From Patescibacteria group bacterium (GTDB lineage: Bacteria > Patescibacteriota > Minisyncoccia > Phycocordibacterales > PALSA-1337), in contig JAGWWT010000001.1 in the NCBI GenBank assembly GCA_018970245.1, positions 17,548 through 81,547 on the forward strand: a DNA stretch of 64,000 nucleotides, given 5' to 3'. This document shows positions 49,149-58,541 of this stretch, piece after piece (within the stretch, counting starts at the first letter, position 1; the number at the start of each line of letters is the position of its first letter). The position numbers and the translations under genes are program-made. The notes under the pieces are model-generated. The model ran no database searches, was not told the origin of the DNA, and saw nothing but the letters and a program-made list of their open reading frames with translations.

Positions 49149-51374
49149 ATGGCTGTACCCGATAGCTTTTTGAAGCCCTACGATCCTGGGGCTACCGAAG
49201 ACCGCATATACTCGCTCTGGGAGAAGAGCGGCTTTTTCGATCCTGACGATCTGCCTGAAAGGAACAAGAATGGCGAGCCTTTTTCCATAGTCCTGCCCCC
49301 GCCTAACGTGACAGGCACCCTCCATATGGGCCATGCCGCCATGCTCGCTATCGAGGACATAATGATCAGATACAAGCGGATGCGCGGATACAGGACATTG
49401 TGGCTTCCTGGCACGGATCACGCAGCCATCGCCACGCAATCCAAGGTCGAGAAAGAGATAGTCAAGAAGGAGGGCAAGAATCGCCACGACCTAGGACGAG
49501 AGGAGTTCCTGAAGCGCGTTGGCGAGTTCGCCAAGAATAGCCACGACACGATAGTCAATCAGGTCCGCAAGATGGGCGCTTCAGTCGACTGGTCGCGGGA
49601 AGCATTCACTTTGGATGAGAAGCGCTCCTTCGCTGTCCGGACCGCCTTCAAGCGCATGTACGATATGGGCCTCATTTACCGCGGCAACCGCATCGTCAAT
49701 TGGGATCCGAAGGGGCAGACCACTATCTCCGACGATGAGATCGTCTATAAGGAAGAGAAGACGAAGTTCTATTATTTCAAATACGGCCCGTTCGTCATCG
49801 GCACAGCCAGGCCTGAGACGAAGTTCGGCGACAAGTACGTCGTCATGCATCCGGACGATGCGCGCTACGCCGCTTACAAGCATGGCCAGAAGATCGACCT
49901 TGAATGGATAAACGGCCCTATCACGGCGACGGTCATCAAGGATGCTTCTATCGACATGGAGTTCGGGACCGGCGTCATGACGATCACGCCTTGGCACAGC
50001 GCTGTGGATTTCGACATAGCCGAACGGCATAAGCTCGACAAAGAGCAGATCATCGATACATTCGGCAAGCTCCTGCCCGTAGCGGGCGAGTTCGCCGGCA
50101 TGAAGATCGCCGAAGCCAGGCCCAAGATCGTGGAGAAGCTCCGCGCTAAAGGCCTCGTAGAAAAGGAAGAAGACTACGTCCACAACATCGCTACCGCTGA
50201 GCGCACTGGCGGCCTAGTGGAGCCTCAGATCATGAAGCAATGGTTCGTCGGGGTGAATACGAGGTTCGAGATCCCGGGCGCCAAAAAAGGCTCGAGCAGC
50301 AAGACTCTCAAAGAGATTATGAAGGAAGCTGTCGAGTCCGGAAAGATAAAGATCATTCCTGACAGATTCGAGAAGATCTATTATCACTGGATAGACAATC
50401 TCCGCGATTGGTGCATCTCGCGCCAGATCTGGTATGGGCACAGAGTGCCGGTGTGGTACAGGAGGGCAGAGATTGGAGATGAGAGATTAGATATTAGAGA
50501 TGAGAGATCAGAGACTAGAGAGGAGGTGTATGTGGGCGTGGAGGCGCCGGAAGGGGAAGGTTGGAGACAAGATGAAGACACTCTCGATACCTGGTTCTCG
50601 TCGGGCCTCTGGACATTCTCGACCCTAGGCTGGCCGGAAGAGACCGAAGACCTCAAGCTCTACCACCCGACCGACGTCCTCGAGACGGGCTATGACATCC
50701 TCTTTTTCTGGGTGGCCAGGATGATCCTCATGACCGGATGCCTTCTCGGTGATGTACCGTTCAAGACAGTCTATCTCCATGGCCTCGTCCGCGATGGGAA
50801 GGGCCGCAAGATGTCCAAATCGCTGGACAACATCATCGATCCTCTGGACATGATCAAGAAGTACGGCGGCGACGCCACGCGCCTGTCGCTCATCATCGGC
50901 ACCGGACCAGGGAACGATCTCAAGCTCTCCGAGGACAAAGTCCGCGGCTACAAGAATTTCGCTAATAAGCTCTGGAACATCACTCGTTTCGTCCTGGAAT
51001 CAGCCGGCGGCGAGGCCATCGACAAAGCCTTCGAAGGCTACACGGACGCAGACGCCAAGCTCCGCAAGGCCAGGCGTGCGTTCCTGGAAGAGATCACCCG
51101 CGAAATGGAGGAGTTCAAATTCTACCTGGTAGGCGAAAAGCTATATCACTATGCCTGGCATGAATTCGCGGACAAGATCCTAGAGGATAGCAAGAAGATA
51201 TTCAGGGAGGGGGATGAAAAGGCCCAGAGGTCACGCCGCCAGCTTTTGCTCCATACGCTGGACGATATCTTGCGGGCTCTGCATCCATTCATGCCATTCG
51301 TGACTGAAGAGATCTGGAGGGCTATGGATCGGGATCAGGGCATGCTCATGGTCCAGGAATGGCCGATCGCCTAA
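49149..51374 (+). CDS. valS: Valine--tRNA ligase (short form)
   Basis: PPPNVTG.LHMGH, DHAAIATQ, DWCISRQ.W.GH, LDTWFSS, KMSKS. Confidence 0.97.
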   Translation: MAVPDSFLKPYDPGATEDRIYSLWEKSGFFDPDDLPERNKNGEPFSIVLPPPNVTGTLHMGHAAMLAIEDIMIRYKRMRGYRTLWLPGTDHAAIATQSKVEKEIVKKEGKNRHDLGREEFLKRVGEFAKNSHDTIVNQVRKMGASVDWSREAFTLDEKRSFAVRTAFKRMYDMGLIYRGNRIVNWDPKGQTTISDDEIVYKEEKTKFYYFKYGPFVIGTARPETKFGDKYVVMHPDDARYAAYKHGQKIDLEWINGPITATVIKDASIDMEFGTGVMTITPWHSAVDFDIAERHKLDKEQIIDTFGKLLPVAGEFAGMKIAEARPKIVEKLRAKGLVEKEEDYVHNIATAERTGGLVEPQIMKQWFVGVNTRFEIPGAKKGSSSKTLKEIMKEAVESGKIKIIPDRFEKIYYHWIDNLRDWCISRQIWYGHRVPVWYRRAEIGDERLDIRDERSETREEVYVGVEAPEGEGWRQDEDTLDTWFSSGLWTFSTLGWPEETEDLKLYHPTDVLETGYDILFFWVARMILMTGCLLGDVPFKTVYLHGLVRDGKGRKMSKSLDNIIDPLDMIKKYGGDATRLSLIIGTGPGNDLKLSEDKVRGYKNFANKLWNITRFVLESAGGEAIDKAFEGYTDADAKLRKARRAFLEEITREMEEFKFYLVGEKLYHYAWHEFADKILEDSKKIFREGDEKAQRSRRQLLLHTLDDILRALHPFMPFVTEEIWRAMDRDQGMLMVQEWPIA
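50466..50520 (+). repeat. Heptamer repeat (AGAGATT family) inserted in frame in valS
   Basis: GCAGAGATTGGAGATGAGAGATTAGATATTAGAGATGAGAGATCAGAGACTAGAG encodes AEIGDERLDIRDERSETR. Confidence 0.85.
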
Positions 51375-51471
51375 ACAGACCCCGTCTGCCTGGGTTCTTA
51401 TCCACATGCGCCATCGAATAGAACGGCGCTTTGCGGTACAATTCAGGAAACAGGCTTTTTAGCCATAAACT

Positions 51472-52755
51472 ATGAAAAAATATATCATCCCGTCGATAGT
51501 CGTCGTCGCGCTCCTAGTGTTCTACGGCAGCATATATGGTCCCAGGAATGCCAGCGCCATCACTAACCCTTCTCCGACAGCTGCCGATTTCTCCGGCTGG
51601 GCCTGGTCTTCCAATACTGGCTGGGTGAGCGTTAACGGGTCTGATGCAGGAACGGGCACGAATGGTTCCGGCAGCAGCCCATACCCATACAAAGTCACCG
51701 CCGATCTCGGTACCGGACAGCTTTCAGGATACGCCTGGTCACAGTATCTAGGATGGATCAGCTTCAATTCGTCTGACGTGAGCAGCTGCGGCTCGGCCCC
51801 GACGATCCTGTCGAACGGCCAAGTGACCGGCTGGGCCAAGGTCCTATCGCTCGCGAGCGGCGATGGCTGCATTGAGCTTTCCGGCTCCAATCACGCCGCG
51901 CCTAACTTCAGCGGCTATCAGGGCACTTCGACTCAGGGCTTGACCCTTAGCTCGACCACCGATGCTATAAGCGGGTTCGCTTGGGAACCGACGGATGCCG
52001 GCTGGATGCAATTCAACATCAAATGTCCGGGATGTTCGTCGCTTTTCCCGCCCACGGACTACGCTATCAACGCGACGTGCAGCCAGAAGATCACTACTGA
52101 CCCGACGACCGGATATGTGACGGCTTCATTCAGCTCGACCGCTTCGAGCAATGCACCGACTCCCACGTATACATACATCTGGAATCCTGGAACAGGAGGT
52201 ACGGTGACTCATGGCCCGACTAGCCTATCTACTGATACCTATGGGATAACCTACACCCCCGGCACATACCCTGTCACATATTCGCCTTCCGTAACGGTCA
52301 AGGACAATCAAGGCGATACGGCTTATGCCTCTTGCGGATCAGTGACGGTTTCGCCAGTGAATACCAATGGGACGTCGAACGCGATCAGCTTGGGCATAGG
52401 CAGCACCGTTAGCCAAGCTACTCAGAATGAGCAGACGCCTAACTCGACGATCACGATAAGGCAGCAGAGGCCGTTCGCTCTGGCATGGACGAACACGCTG
52501 GATAATACGAAGTACAGCTGTACGGCTACTATGACGGCGGATGGAAATAACTGGTCCAATTACTGGAATAACGGGGCTCTCACAGACAGTAACGGCAATT
52601 TCACCTCGAGCAATACTGGGCAATACATGAGCTCAGGCCTGGCGCCGTATGGCACCTACACCTTTACGATGACGTGTTCGCCAAACAATACGGGTACGAC
52701 GCAGACGGCCACAGCCAACCTGAAGATCATCAGCGCCAGCGAGGGTGAGAAATAG
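51472..52755 (+). CDS. Secreted Ser/Thr-rich surface protein with G.AWS...GW.SF repeats
   Basis: Signal peptide, repeated GWAWS/GYAWS/GFAW motifs, Ig-like tail. Confidence 0.8.
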   Translation: MKKYIIPSIVVVALLVFYGSIYGPRNASAITNPSPTAADFSGWAWSSNTGWVSVNGSDAGTGTNGSGSSPYPYKVTADLGTGQLSGYAWSQYLGWISFNSSDVSSCGSAPTILSNGQVTGWAKVLSLASGDGCIELSGSNHAAPNFSGYQGTSTQGLTLSSTTDAISGFAWEPTDAGWMQFNIKCPGCSSLFPPTDYAINATCSQKITTDPTTGYVTASFSSTASSNAPTPTYTYIWNPGTGGTVTHGPTSLSTDTYGITYTPGTYPVTYSPSVTVKDNQGDTAYASCGSVTVSPVNTNGTSNAISLGIGSTVSQATQNEQTPNSTITIRQQRPFALAWTNTLDNTKYSCTATMTADGNNWSNYWNNGALTDSNGNFTSSNTGQYMSSGLAPYGTYTFTMTCSPNNTGTTQTATANLKIISASEGEK

Positions 52756-52864
52756 GAAACAGAATAGAGGGAGGGGAATCGGAAAAGATCAGGCAAATTT
52801 AATGAGCGCACCGGTCTTGGACCAGTGCGCTCTTTCGCTAGCGGGCTGAAACTTAATCGCGATC

Positions 52865-53038
52865 TCAGTCGGCTTTCTGCCCCCGAACGATCCAGGGGAC
52901 GAACTGAAAGGACTTGAAACTGACGGGCAACCGCACGATCTCCCTGACCTTTCTCTCTGCGGTTTCCGGGGCTATCGTACCATCCGCGGCCTGTCGCATG
53001 ATATCGAAGGCCAATCTTGCTCTGCGGCGTCTCATCAT
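52865..53038 (-). CDS. 57-aa small protein missed by the ORF track
   Basis: MMRRRRARLAFDIMRQAADGTIAPETAERKVREIVRLPVSFKSFQFVPWIVRGQKAD; AAAGGAG SD; consensus promoter upstream. Confidence 0.6.
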   Translation of the reverse strand: MMRRRRARLAFDIMRQAADGTIAPETAERKVREIVRLPVSFKSFQFVPWIVRGQKAD

Positions 53039-53071
53039 AAGGTGCTCCTTTCTTGCCTAAAGGTTTTTACA

Positions 53072-53100
53072 ATTATAACACCTTTCCCTGTGGGCGTCAA
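53072..53100 (-). promoter_or_regulatory. Sigma70-type promoter TTGACG-N17-TATAAT
   Basis: Near-perfect consensus upstream of the small ORF. Confidence 0.7.
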
Positions 53101-53163
53101 GCTAAACTGCAAGAAGCTAATCCCGCGCATCACTCTACCACGAAACCGCTTATTTTCAACCCG

Positions 53164-53634
53164 CTATTTCAACAGCTCCTCGATGACAGCTTTGACATCT
53201 GCGCCATCGGCCTTTCCGCCGAGCTCTTTCATGACCATGCCTGTGAGCTTGCCGACAGCAGCGGGCATAGGGCTCGCGCCTATGGCGCCGGACTTCTTGA
53301 GTTCGTCTACTTTCGGCTTGGCGATCTTGGCTATCTCCTCGCGGCTCATGGATTTCGGCAAGAAAGCCTCGAGGATCGCGAGCTCCTTCTTCTCCTTGTC
53401 GGCCAGATCCGCGCGGCCGCCTTTTTCGAACTGTTCGATCGAATCCTTGCGCTGCTTGACGGCACGCTTCACGAGGGGCATGGACTTGTCGTCAGGAAGG
53501 AAATCGGTGACCAGTTTCGAAGCAATCATCTCATTTTGGAACATGGCATTGAGCCCGCGGAGGGTGTCCAGCTTGAGCTGATCCTTGGCGCGCATGGCTT
53601 CCTTGATCTGTTCCTTGATGTCTTTGTGTAGCAT
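53164..53634 (-). CDS. GatB/YqeY domain protein
   Basis: K.AMRAKD...L.TLR, KQRKDSIEQF..GGR.DL, GKADG. Confidence 0.92.
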   Translation of the reverse strand: MLHKDIKEQIKEAMRAKDQLKLDTLRGLNAMFQNEMIASKLVTDFLPDDKSMPLVKRAVKQRKDSIEQFEKGGRADLADKEKKELAILEAFLPKSMSREEIAKIAKPKVDELKKSGAIGASPMPAAVGKLTGMVMKELGGKADGADVKAVIEELLK

Positions 53635-53744
53635 GGGAGTATCGTTGGGGGTAATTATCGGATATGAATCTGGAATATGCAACAGGTGACAAGGCGATCA
53701 CGGCAGGATTTTGTACAGCGTCCCTACCGTGTTCTCGAAAGTCA

Positions 53745-53826
53745 ATTTTTTGCAATTGAGAAAATTCACAGGTTTTTCGACGGATCATAGCCCTCGTTTT
53801 GGAAAATATTCTCAATTGCAAAAAAT
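53745..53826. repeat. 18-bp perfect inverted repeat with a 46-nt spacer
   Basis: ATTTTTTGCAATTGAGAA (53745-53762) / TTCTCAATTGCAAAAAAT (53809-53826). Confidence 0.85.
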
Positions 53827-53934
53827 CAAGTTTTGGATGTGCCTTGGATATGCCTAAAATATGCCTGAATGGCTGCGCCCTGTCAGATTCTGGCCGTGCT
53901 TGCTGCCTTAAGACCAGTCAAATATACTTACTTC

Positions 53935-54999
53935 ATGGAAAAGATGCTTATCATCCTCGTCGCTCTGGCCATAGCCGCCAACATCGTCATGCTTTTCGCA
54001 TTCTTGCGCCGCCGGGAAGCGCCAAAGGCTGACGCGAGCGCTTCTGATGGCTACAAGCTGATAATGGAACAGGTGAATGACCTGCGCCGGACCATGGACG
54101 ACCGGATGATCAGGAATACCCGCGATATGCACGATGCTCTCCACAGGCAGTTCAGCGAGTCACAGAAGCTCATCAAAGATATAACGAGCGAGCTTGTCCA
54201 GGTCAAAGAAACAGGCAAACAGGTGGTCTCGTTCGCCGATCAGCTACAGAATCTACAGGATATCCTCAAGAATCCGAAGCATAGGGGGATCCTCGGTGAA
54301 TATTATCTGGAGACTCTGTTGAAGAACGTCCTGCCGCCGGGACAGTACCAGATGCAGTATCCATTCGCTAATGGCGAGATAGTGGACGCGGCGATATTCG
54401 TGAAGGATAAGATAATACCCGTGGATTCCAAGTTCTCTCTTGAGAACTACAACAAACTGGCCGAGGCTCGTGATCCGGGCGAGAAGGAGCGCCTCGAAAA
54501 AGCCTTCGTCAACGACTTGAAGATCCGTATCCAGGAGACCTCGAAGTATATCCGGCCTATGGAAGGGACGATGGAGTTCGCATTCATGTTCATCCCGCAC
54601 GAGGCGATATATTACGACCTTCTCGTGAATAAGATCGGAGCGGTCACAGATGACACGGATAATCTCATCCAGCGCGCTGCGAGCAAATACAAGGTGATCA
54701 TCGTCTCGCCGACCTCATTCCTGGCTTATCTACAGACTGTCCTCCAGGGATTGAAGGCTCTGCAGATCGAGGAGACGGCCAAGGACATAATCAAGCGCGT
54801 CTCTGAGCTGGGCACGCACCTGAAGAAGTACGAGGATTACCACTCGAAGCTCGGGTCATCATTGTCCACTGTCGTGAATCACTACAATAATGCTGGCAAG
54901 GAGCTCAAAAAAGTGGATAAGGATATCCTGAGGATAACCGAATCTTCGCCTGGCCTAGAATCGCCGATGATCGATAGGCCAGAATTGGTGGGGGAATAA
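53935..54999 (+). CDS. rmuC: DNA recombination protein RmuC
   Basis: N-terminal TM, RG.LGE..LE, PVDSKF, FAFMFIP.E, VSPT. Confidence 0.93.
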   Translation: MEKMLIILVALAIAANIVMLFAFLRRREAPKADASASDGYKLIMEQVNDLRRTMDDRMIRNTRDMHDALHRQFSESQKLIKDITSELVQVKETGKQVVSFADQLQNLQDILKNPKHRGILGEYYLETLLKNVLPPGQYQMQYPFANGEIVDAAIFVKDKIIPVDSKFSLENYNKLAEARDPGEKERLEKAFVNDLKIRIQETSKYIRPMEGTMEFAFMFIPHEAIYYDLLVNKIGAVTDDTDNLIQRAASKYKVIIVSPTSFLAYLQTVLQGLKALQIEETAKDIIKRVSELGTHLKKYEDYHSKLGSSLSTVVNHYNNAGKELKKVDKDILRITESSPGLESPMIDRPELVGE

Positions 55000-55019
55000 A
55001 GTTATCCACACCCTCTCGA

Positions 55020-55049
55020 TTGACAGGTGAACGCTCGTTCACCTATACT
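55020..55049 (+). promoter_or_regulatory. lexA operon promoter with a putative SOS box
   Basis: TTGACA at 55020, TATACT at 55044; palindrome AGGTGAACG-CT-CGTTCACCT (GAAC-N4-GTTC) fills the spacer; DnaA box at 55002. Confidence 0.75.
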
Positions 55050-55055
55050 GTGTGC

Positions 55056-55259
55056 ATGAGCAAGCATCAAGCCATCAGGGCCATTCGTGTCGAGATCGAG
55101 AGGCTCAATCAGGAGATCGACCTCAAGATCATAAGAGGCGCTTCGTACAGGCGCGAAGCTCTCCGGCACAAGACCCTGATGGCGCAGCTCGCTCGTTTGT
55201 CGCCGCGCAGGAAGTATTTCGCCGGGTTCGGCAATTTCGTAAGGATGTTCCTATTTTGA
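55056..55259 (+). CDS. Small basic hypothetical protein, first gene of the lexA operon
   Basis: ATG 6 nt after the -10 element; LN.EID.KII.G.SY..EA..HK. Confidence 0.7.
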   Translation: MSKHQAIRAIRVEIERLNQEIDLKIIRGASYRREALRHKTLMAQLARLSPRRKYFAGFGNFVRMFLF

Positions 55260-55261
55260 AT

Positions 55262-55825
55262 ATGGATTCATACAAGAACAAGATCATATATTTCTACAGG
55301 CGCACGAAGCGCATGCCCAGCTATGCGGAGATAATGTCTCTGCTCGGCTTCAAGTCCAAGAATGCCGTCTACAAATTGGTGAACAAGCTCGTGAGCGAGG
55401 GTGCTTTGGATAAAGATTCGCAGGGACGGCTAGTACCGAACCGCCTTTTCGGAGAGGTGCCTGTCCTCGGATTGGTCGAGGCGGGATTTCCCACCGCTGC
55501 CGAGGAGGAGCTCGTAGATACTATGAGCCTCGACGAATATATGATCGAGAACAAAGAGGCCACCTATATGCTCGAGGTAAAGGGCGATTCTATGATCGAG
55601 GCCGGCATCCAGGAAGGCGACCTTGTCATCGCTGAAAGAGGCAAGGAGCCCAAGCCTGGCGATATCGTCATTGCCGAGGTCGACGGCGGATGGACGATGA
55701 AATATTTCCGTAAGACCGGCAACCAAGTGTGGCTGGAGCCTGCGAACAAGGCGTACAAGCCTATCTATCCCGAAGCCGATCTCAAGATCGCCGCCGTCGT
55801 GAAGGGGGTGATCAGGAAATATTAA
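55262..55825 (+). CDS. lexA: LexA-family repressor (S24 peptidase)
   Basis: wHTH MPS..EI...LGFKS, cleavage site AG(F)P, V.GDSM, catalytic K in TMK. Confidence 0.88.
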   Translation: MDSYKNKIIYFYRRTKRMPSYAEIMSLLGFKSKNAVYKLVNKLVSEGALDKDSQGRLVPNRLFGEVPVLGLVEAGFPTAAEEELVDTMSLDEYMIENKEATYMLEVKGDSMIEAGIQEGDLVIAERGKEPKPGDIVIAEVDGGWTMKYFRKTGNQVWLEPANKAYKPIYPEADLKIAAVVKGVIRKY

Positions 55826-55857
55826 ATATCAAAGATTAAAAATTAAAAACAACAACC

Positions 55858-56226
55858 ATGAAAATCAGAGGCGTTGACTATTTCTTCTATAACGTGAGCG
55901 ATATCAAGAAGTCTCTGGCGTTCTATCGCGACGTCATGGGATTGGAAGTGACCGATGAGCAGGAGAAGTGGGCGGAATTCGATTGTGGGAACCTGACTCT
56001 CGGCATAGGCGTATTCGGAGCCGATCCCAAGGCTGCAAAGAACGGCGCGGCTGTGGCTTTATCTGTCGATAATGTGGAAGATGCGGTGGCTGAATTGAAG
56101 GGTAAAAAAGTGAAGATCGTCACGGAACCTATGGATTTCCCGGATATGTGCGAGATGGCTATCATAGCCGATCCCGATGGCAACCAGATCATCCTCCATC
56201 ATCGGAAGGATGGAAGCGTTGGATGA
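55858..56226 (+). CDS. VOC/glyoxalase family protein
   Basis: VSD..KS.AFY.DV.G, DPDGN. Confidence 0.9.
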   Translation: MKIRGVDYFFYNVSDIKKSLAFYRDVMGLEVTDEQEKWAEFDCGNLTLGIGVFGADPKAAKNGAAVALSVDNVEDAVAELKGKKVKIVTEPMDFPDMCEMAIIADPDGNQIILHHRKDGSVG

Positions 56227-57527
56227 TCCTAACCCACAGATCGTTCCCGCGTGCGATACTCCACGTAGATGGCGACAGCTTTTTCGCCTCGTGCGAGGTC
56301 GCCAAGGATCCGAGCCTGAAGGGCAAATGCGTGGTCACTGGCAAGGAGCGTGGCATAGCGAGCTCCATGAGCTACGAAGCCAAAGCCCGTGGCGTTACGC
56401 GGGCGATGCGGCTGTCCGAGATCAAAAAGCTCATCCCAGACGTGATAATTTTGCCGTCGGACTATGAGACGTACAGCCTGTATTCGCAGCGCATGTATGA
56501 GATCGTACGGCGCTATACGGACGCTGTCGAGGAGTATTCGATCGACGAATGCTTCGCGGATCTCACGGGGATGCGCCGGCCCAACAACATGTCGTACGAG
56601 GCTATGGCCGAGAAGATAAAACGCGAATTGGACGGCGAGCTCGGCATGACGTTCTCGGTTGGTTTGGCTTTGAATAAAGTCACGGCCAAGGTGGCCAGCA
56701 AATGGCGGAAGCCGTCCGGATTGACGATCATTCCTGGCTACCATCTTCATCTTTATTTGGCAAAGACCCCGATAGAGAAGATCTGGGGCATCGGTCCGCA
56801 GACTTCTTCATATTTGATAAAGAAAGGCGTGAAGACCGCCTTGGATTTCGCCATGAAGGAAAAAGAATGGGTCAAAGCGCTTTTTTCCAAGCCGTTCCAG
56901 GAGATCCATTCGGAACTGAATGGCGATTTTGTGTATCCTTTGACCGTCGGTGAGAAGCACGACTACGCTTCCATATCTAAAACGCGGACATTCACGCCAC
57001 CCTCGAAGGACAGGGGATTCGTCTATTCGCAGCTATCCAAGAATATCGAGAATGCCTGCATAAAGCTGCGCCGGCACAACCTCTTCGCCAAGGCCTTCGC
57101 TTTCTATCTGAAGACACAGGACTTCAGGTACAGCGGATTGGACTTCAAACTGAGCCAAGCTGTCTCCGTGCCCCAGGAGATATTGAAGATAGTCAGCGAG
57201 CGATTCGACGATGTGTACAGACCAGGCTTCGAATACAGGGCTACCGGCGTGGTCCTCATGGAATTGAGCCATTCTGATGCCCGTACGCTCGACCTATTCG
57301 GCCGATCTGGCGCGATAGACAGGATAAAGCGCGTCTATGAGGGCGTAGATGCCGCCTGCGCCAAGTTCGGCAAGCATGCCGTATTCCTGGGGTCTTCATT
57401 CAGGGCCATGAATGAGCCTGCGCATAGGGGCGATAGGGCTGATTCGTCAGAAAGGCGCAAGAATCTCGTCAAAGGAGAGAACGAAAGGCAGAGAATAGGG
57501 TTGCCATTCCTGGGAGTTGTCAAATAG
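56223..57527 (+). CDS. dinB: Y-family DNA polymerase (Pol IV/UmuC-like)
   Basis: HVDGDSFFAS.E, SYEAKA.GV, YSIDE, KP.G, IWGIG. Confidence 0.92.
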   Translation: MILTHRSFPRAILHVDGDSFFASCEVAKDPSLKGKCVVTGKERGIASSMSYEAKARGVTRAMRLSEIKKLIPDVIILPSDYETYSLYSQRMYEIVRRYTDAVEEYSIDECFADLTGMRRPNNMSYEAMAEKIKRELDGELGMTFSVGLALNKVTAKVASKWRKPSGLTIIPGYHLHLYLAKTPIEKIWGIGPQTSSYLIKKGVKTALDFAMKEKEWVKALFSKPFQEIHSELNGDFVYPLTVGEKHDYASISKTRTFTPPSKDRGFVYSQLSKNIENACIKLRRHNLFAKAFAFYLKTQDFRYSGLDFKLSQAVSVPQEILKIVSERFDDVYRPGFEYRATGVVLMELSHSDARTLDLFGRSGAIDRIKRVYEGVDAACAKFGKHAVFLGSSFRAMNEPAHRGDRADSSERRKNLVKGENERQRIGLPFLGVVK

Positions 57528-57554
57528 AATCAGTTCGTGTATGATGTTTCGACT

Positions 57555-57875
57555 ATGGAATTCGCCGTAATACAAACAGGTGGGAAGCAGTATACCGTCG
57601 CCAAAGGCGATGTTATAACCATTGAGAAGCTCCCTGGCGAGCATAAGGAGGGCGATAAGGTCGTCTTCGACAAGGTCCTCCTCATGGATAACGGCAAGGA
57701 CACCACTATCGGCACTCCCTATATAAATAAAGCCTCGGTCCAGGGCACGATCACCAAGATCGGCCGCGCTGCCAAGGTCCTCGTCGTCAAATATATGCAG
57801 AAGAGCCGCTCAGGATGGAAGCGCAATGGCCACAGGCAGCCCTTCTTCCAGGTCAAGATAGATGCGTTGAAGTAA
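57555..57875 (+). CDS. rplU: 50S ribosomal protein L21
   Basis: AVIQTGGKQY.V, GHRQ. Confidence 0.96.
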   Translation: MEFAVIQTGGKQYTVAKGDVITIEKLPGEHKEGDKVVFDKVLLMDNGKDTTIGTPYINKASVQGTITKIGRAAKVLVVKYMQKSRSGWKRNGHRQPFFQVKIDALK

Positions 57876-57882
57876 GGGAGGG

Positions 57883-57922
57883 TAGATATTAGAGATTAGA
57901 GACTAGAGATTAGAGACTAGAG
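57883..57922. repeat. Heptamer repeat (AGAGATT/AGAGACT) overlapping the recR stop
   Basis: TAGATATTAGAGATTAGAGACTAGAGATTAGAGACTAGAG. Confidence 0.85.
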
Positions 57923-58518
57923 CGCCGGTTTTGGAGGGCGCTCTTTATCGTTTCAGAGTCGGCATATTCGAGCTCTGCGCCTGTGGATAGGCCCCGTCCT
58001 AGGACAGTGATCCGAGCCGGCGAGACTTTTGCCAAACCTTCGTGCACGATCTTTTCGGTGTGCTCGCCATCAGGGGTCGTATTCAGGGACAGGATGATCT
58101 CCGTCAGCGTCGATTCGGATGCGCGTTCCAAGAGCTGCTGCAGCCTTATGCGCTTCTCGGGCTCCTTGTCTAGTATGGGCACAGTGCCGCCGAGGATGAA
58201 ATATAGGCCTTTGTATGCGCCTGATCTTTCGACAGTCTCGAAGTCCGAGTCTCTGGCGACGACCATCAGCGTGGATCGGTCTCGGCTCTGATCGGCACAT
58301 GTCGGACAGAGGTCTGTTTTTTGAGCCCTATGGAAGAAGAACCTATGGCACTTCTCGCATTCGCTGGTCGATCGGCGGACGTCGGCGACTAGGTCGGTGA
58401 ATTCCTTGATCGAAGCAGGAGACTTGTTGAGCAGATAATAGACGAACCGCTTGGCCTGGCGAGGGCCGATGCCTGGGAAGCGGGAGAATATCTCTTCTAG
58501 GCGGTGTAGGGAATCCAT
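57910..58518 (-). CDS. recR: Recombination protein RecR
   Basis: PGIG...A.R, C4 zinc finger, TOPRIM, G.ELEYAD. Confidence 0.94.
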   Translation of the reverse strand: MDSLHRLEEIFSRFPGIGPRQAKRFVYYLLNKSPASIKEFTDLVADVRRSTSECEKCHRFFFHRAQKTDLCPTCADQSRDRSTLMVVARDSDFETVERSGAYKGLYFILGGTVPILDKEPEKRIRLQQLLERASESTLTEIILSLNTTPDGEHTEKIVHEGLAKVSPARITVLGRGLSTGAELEYADSETIKSALQNRRSSL

Positions 58519-58541
58519 GGGAGTAGAGCGGAGAGTAGAGA

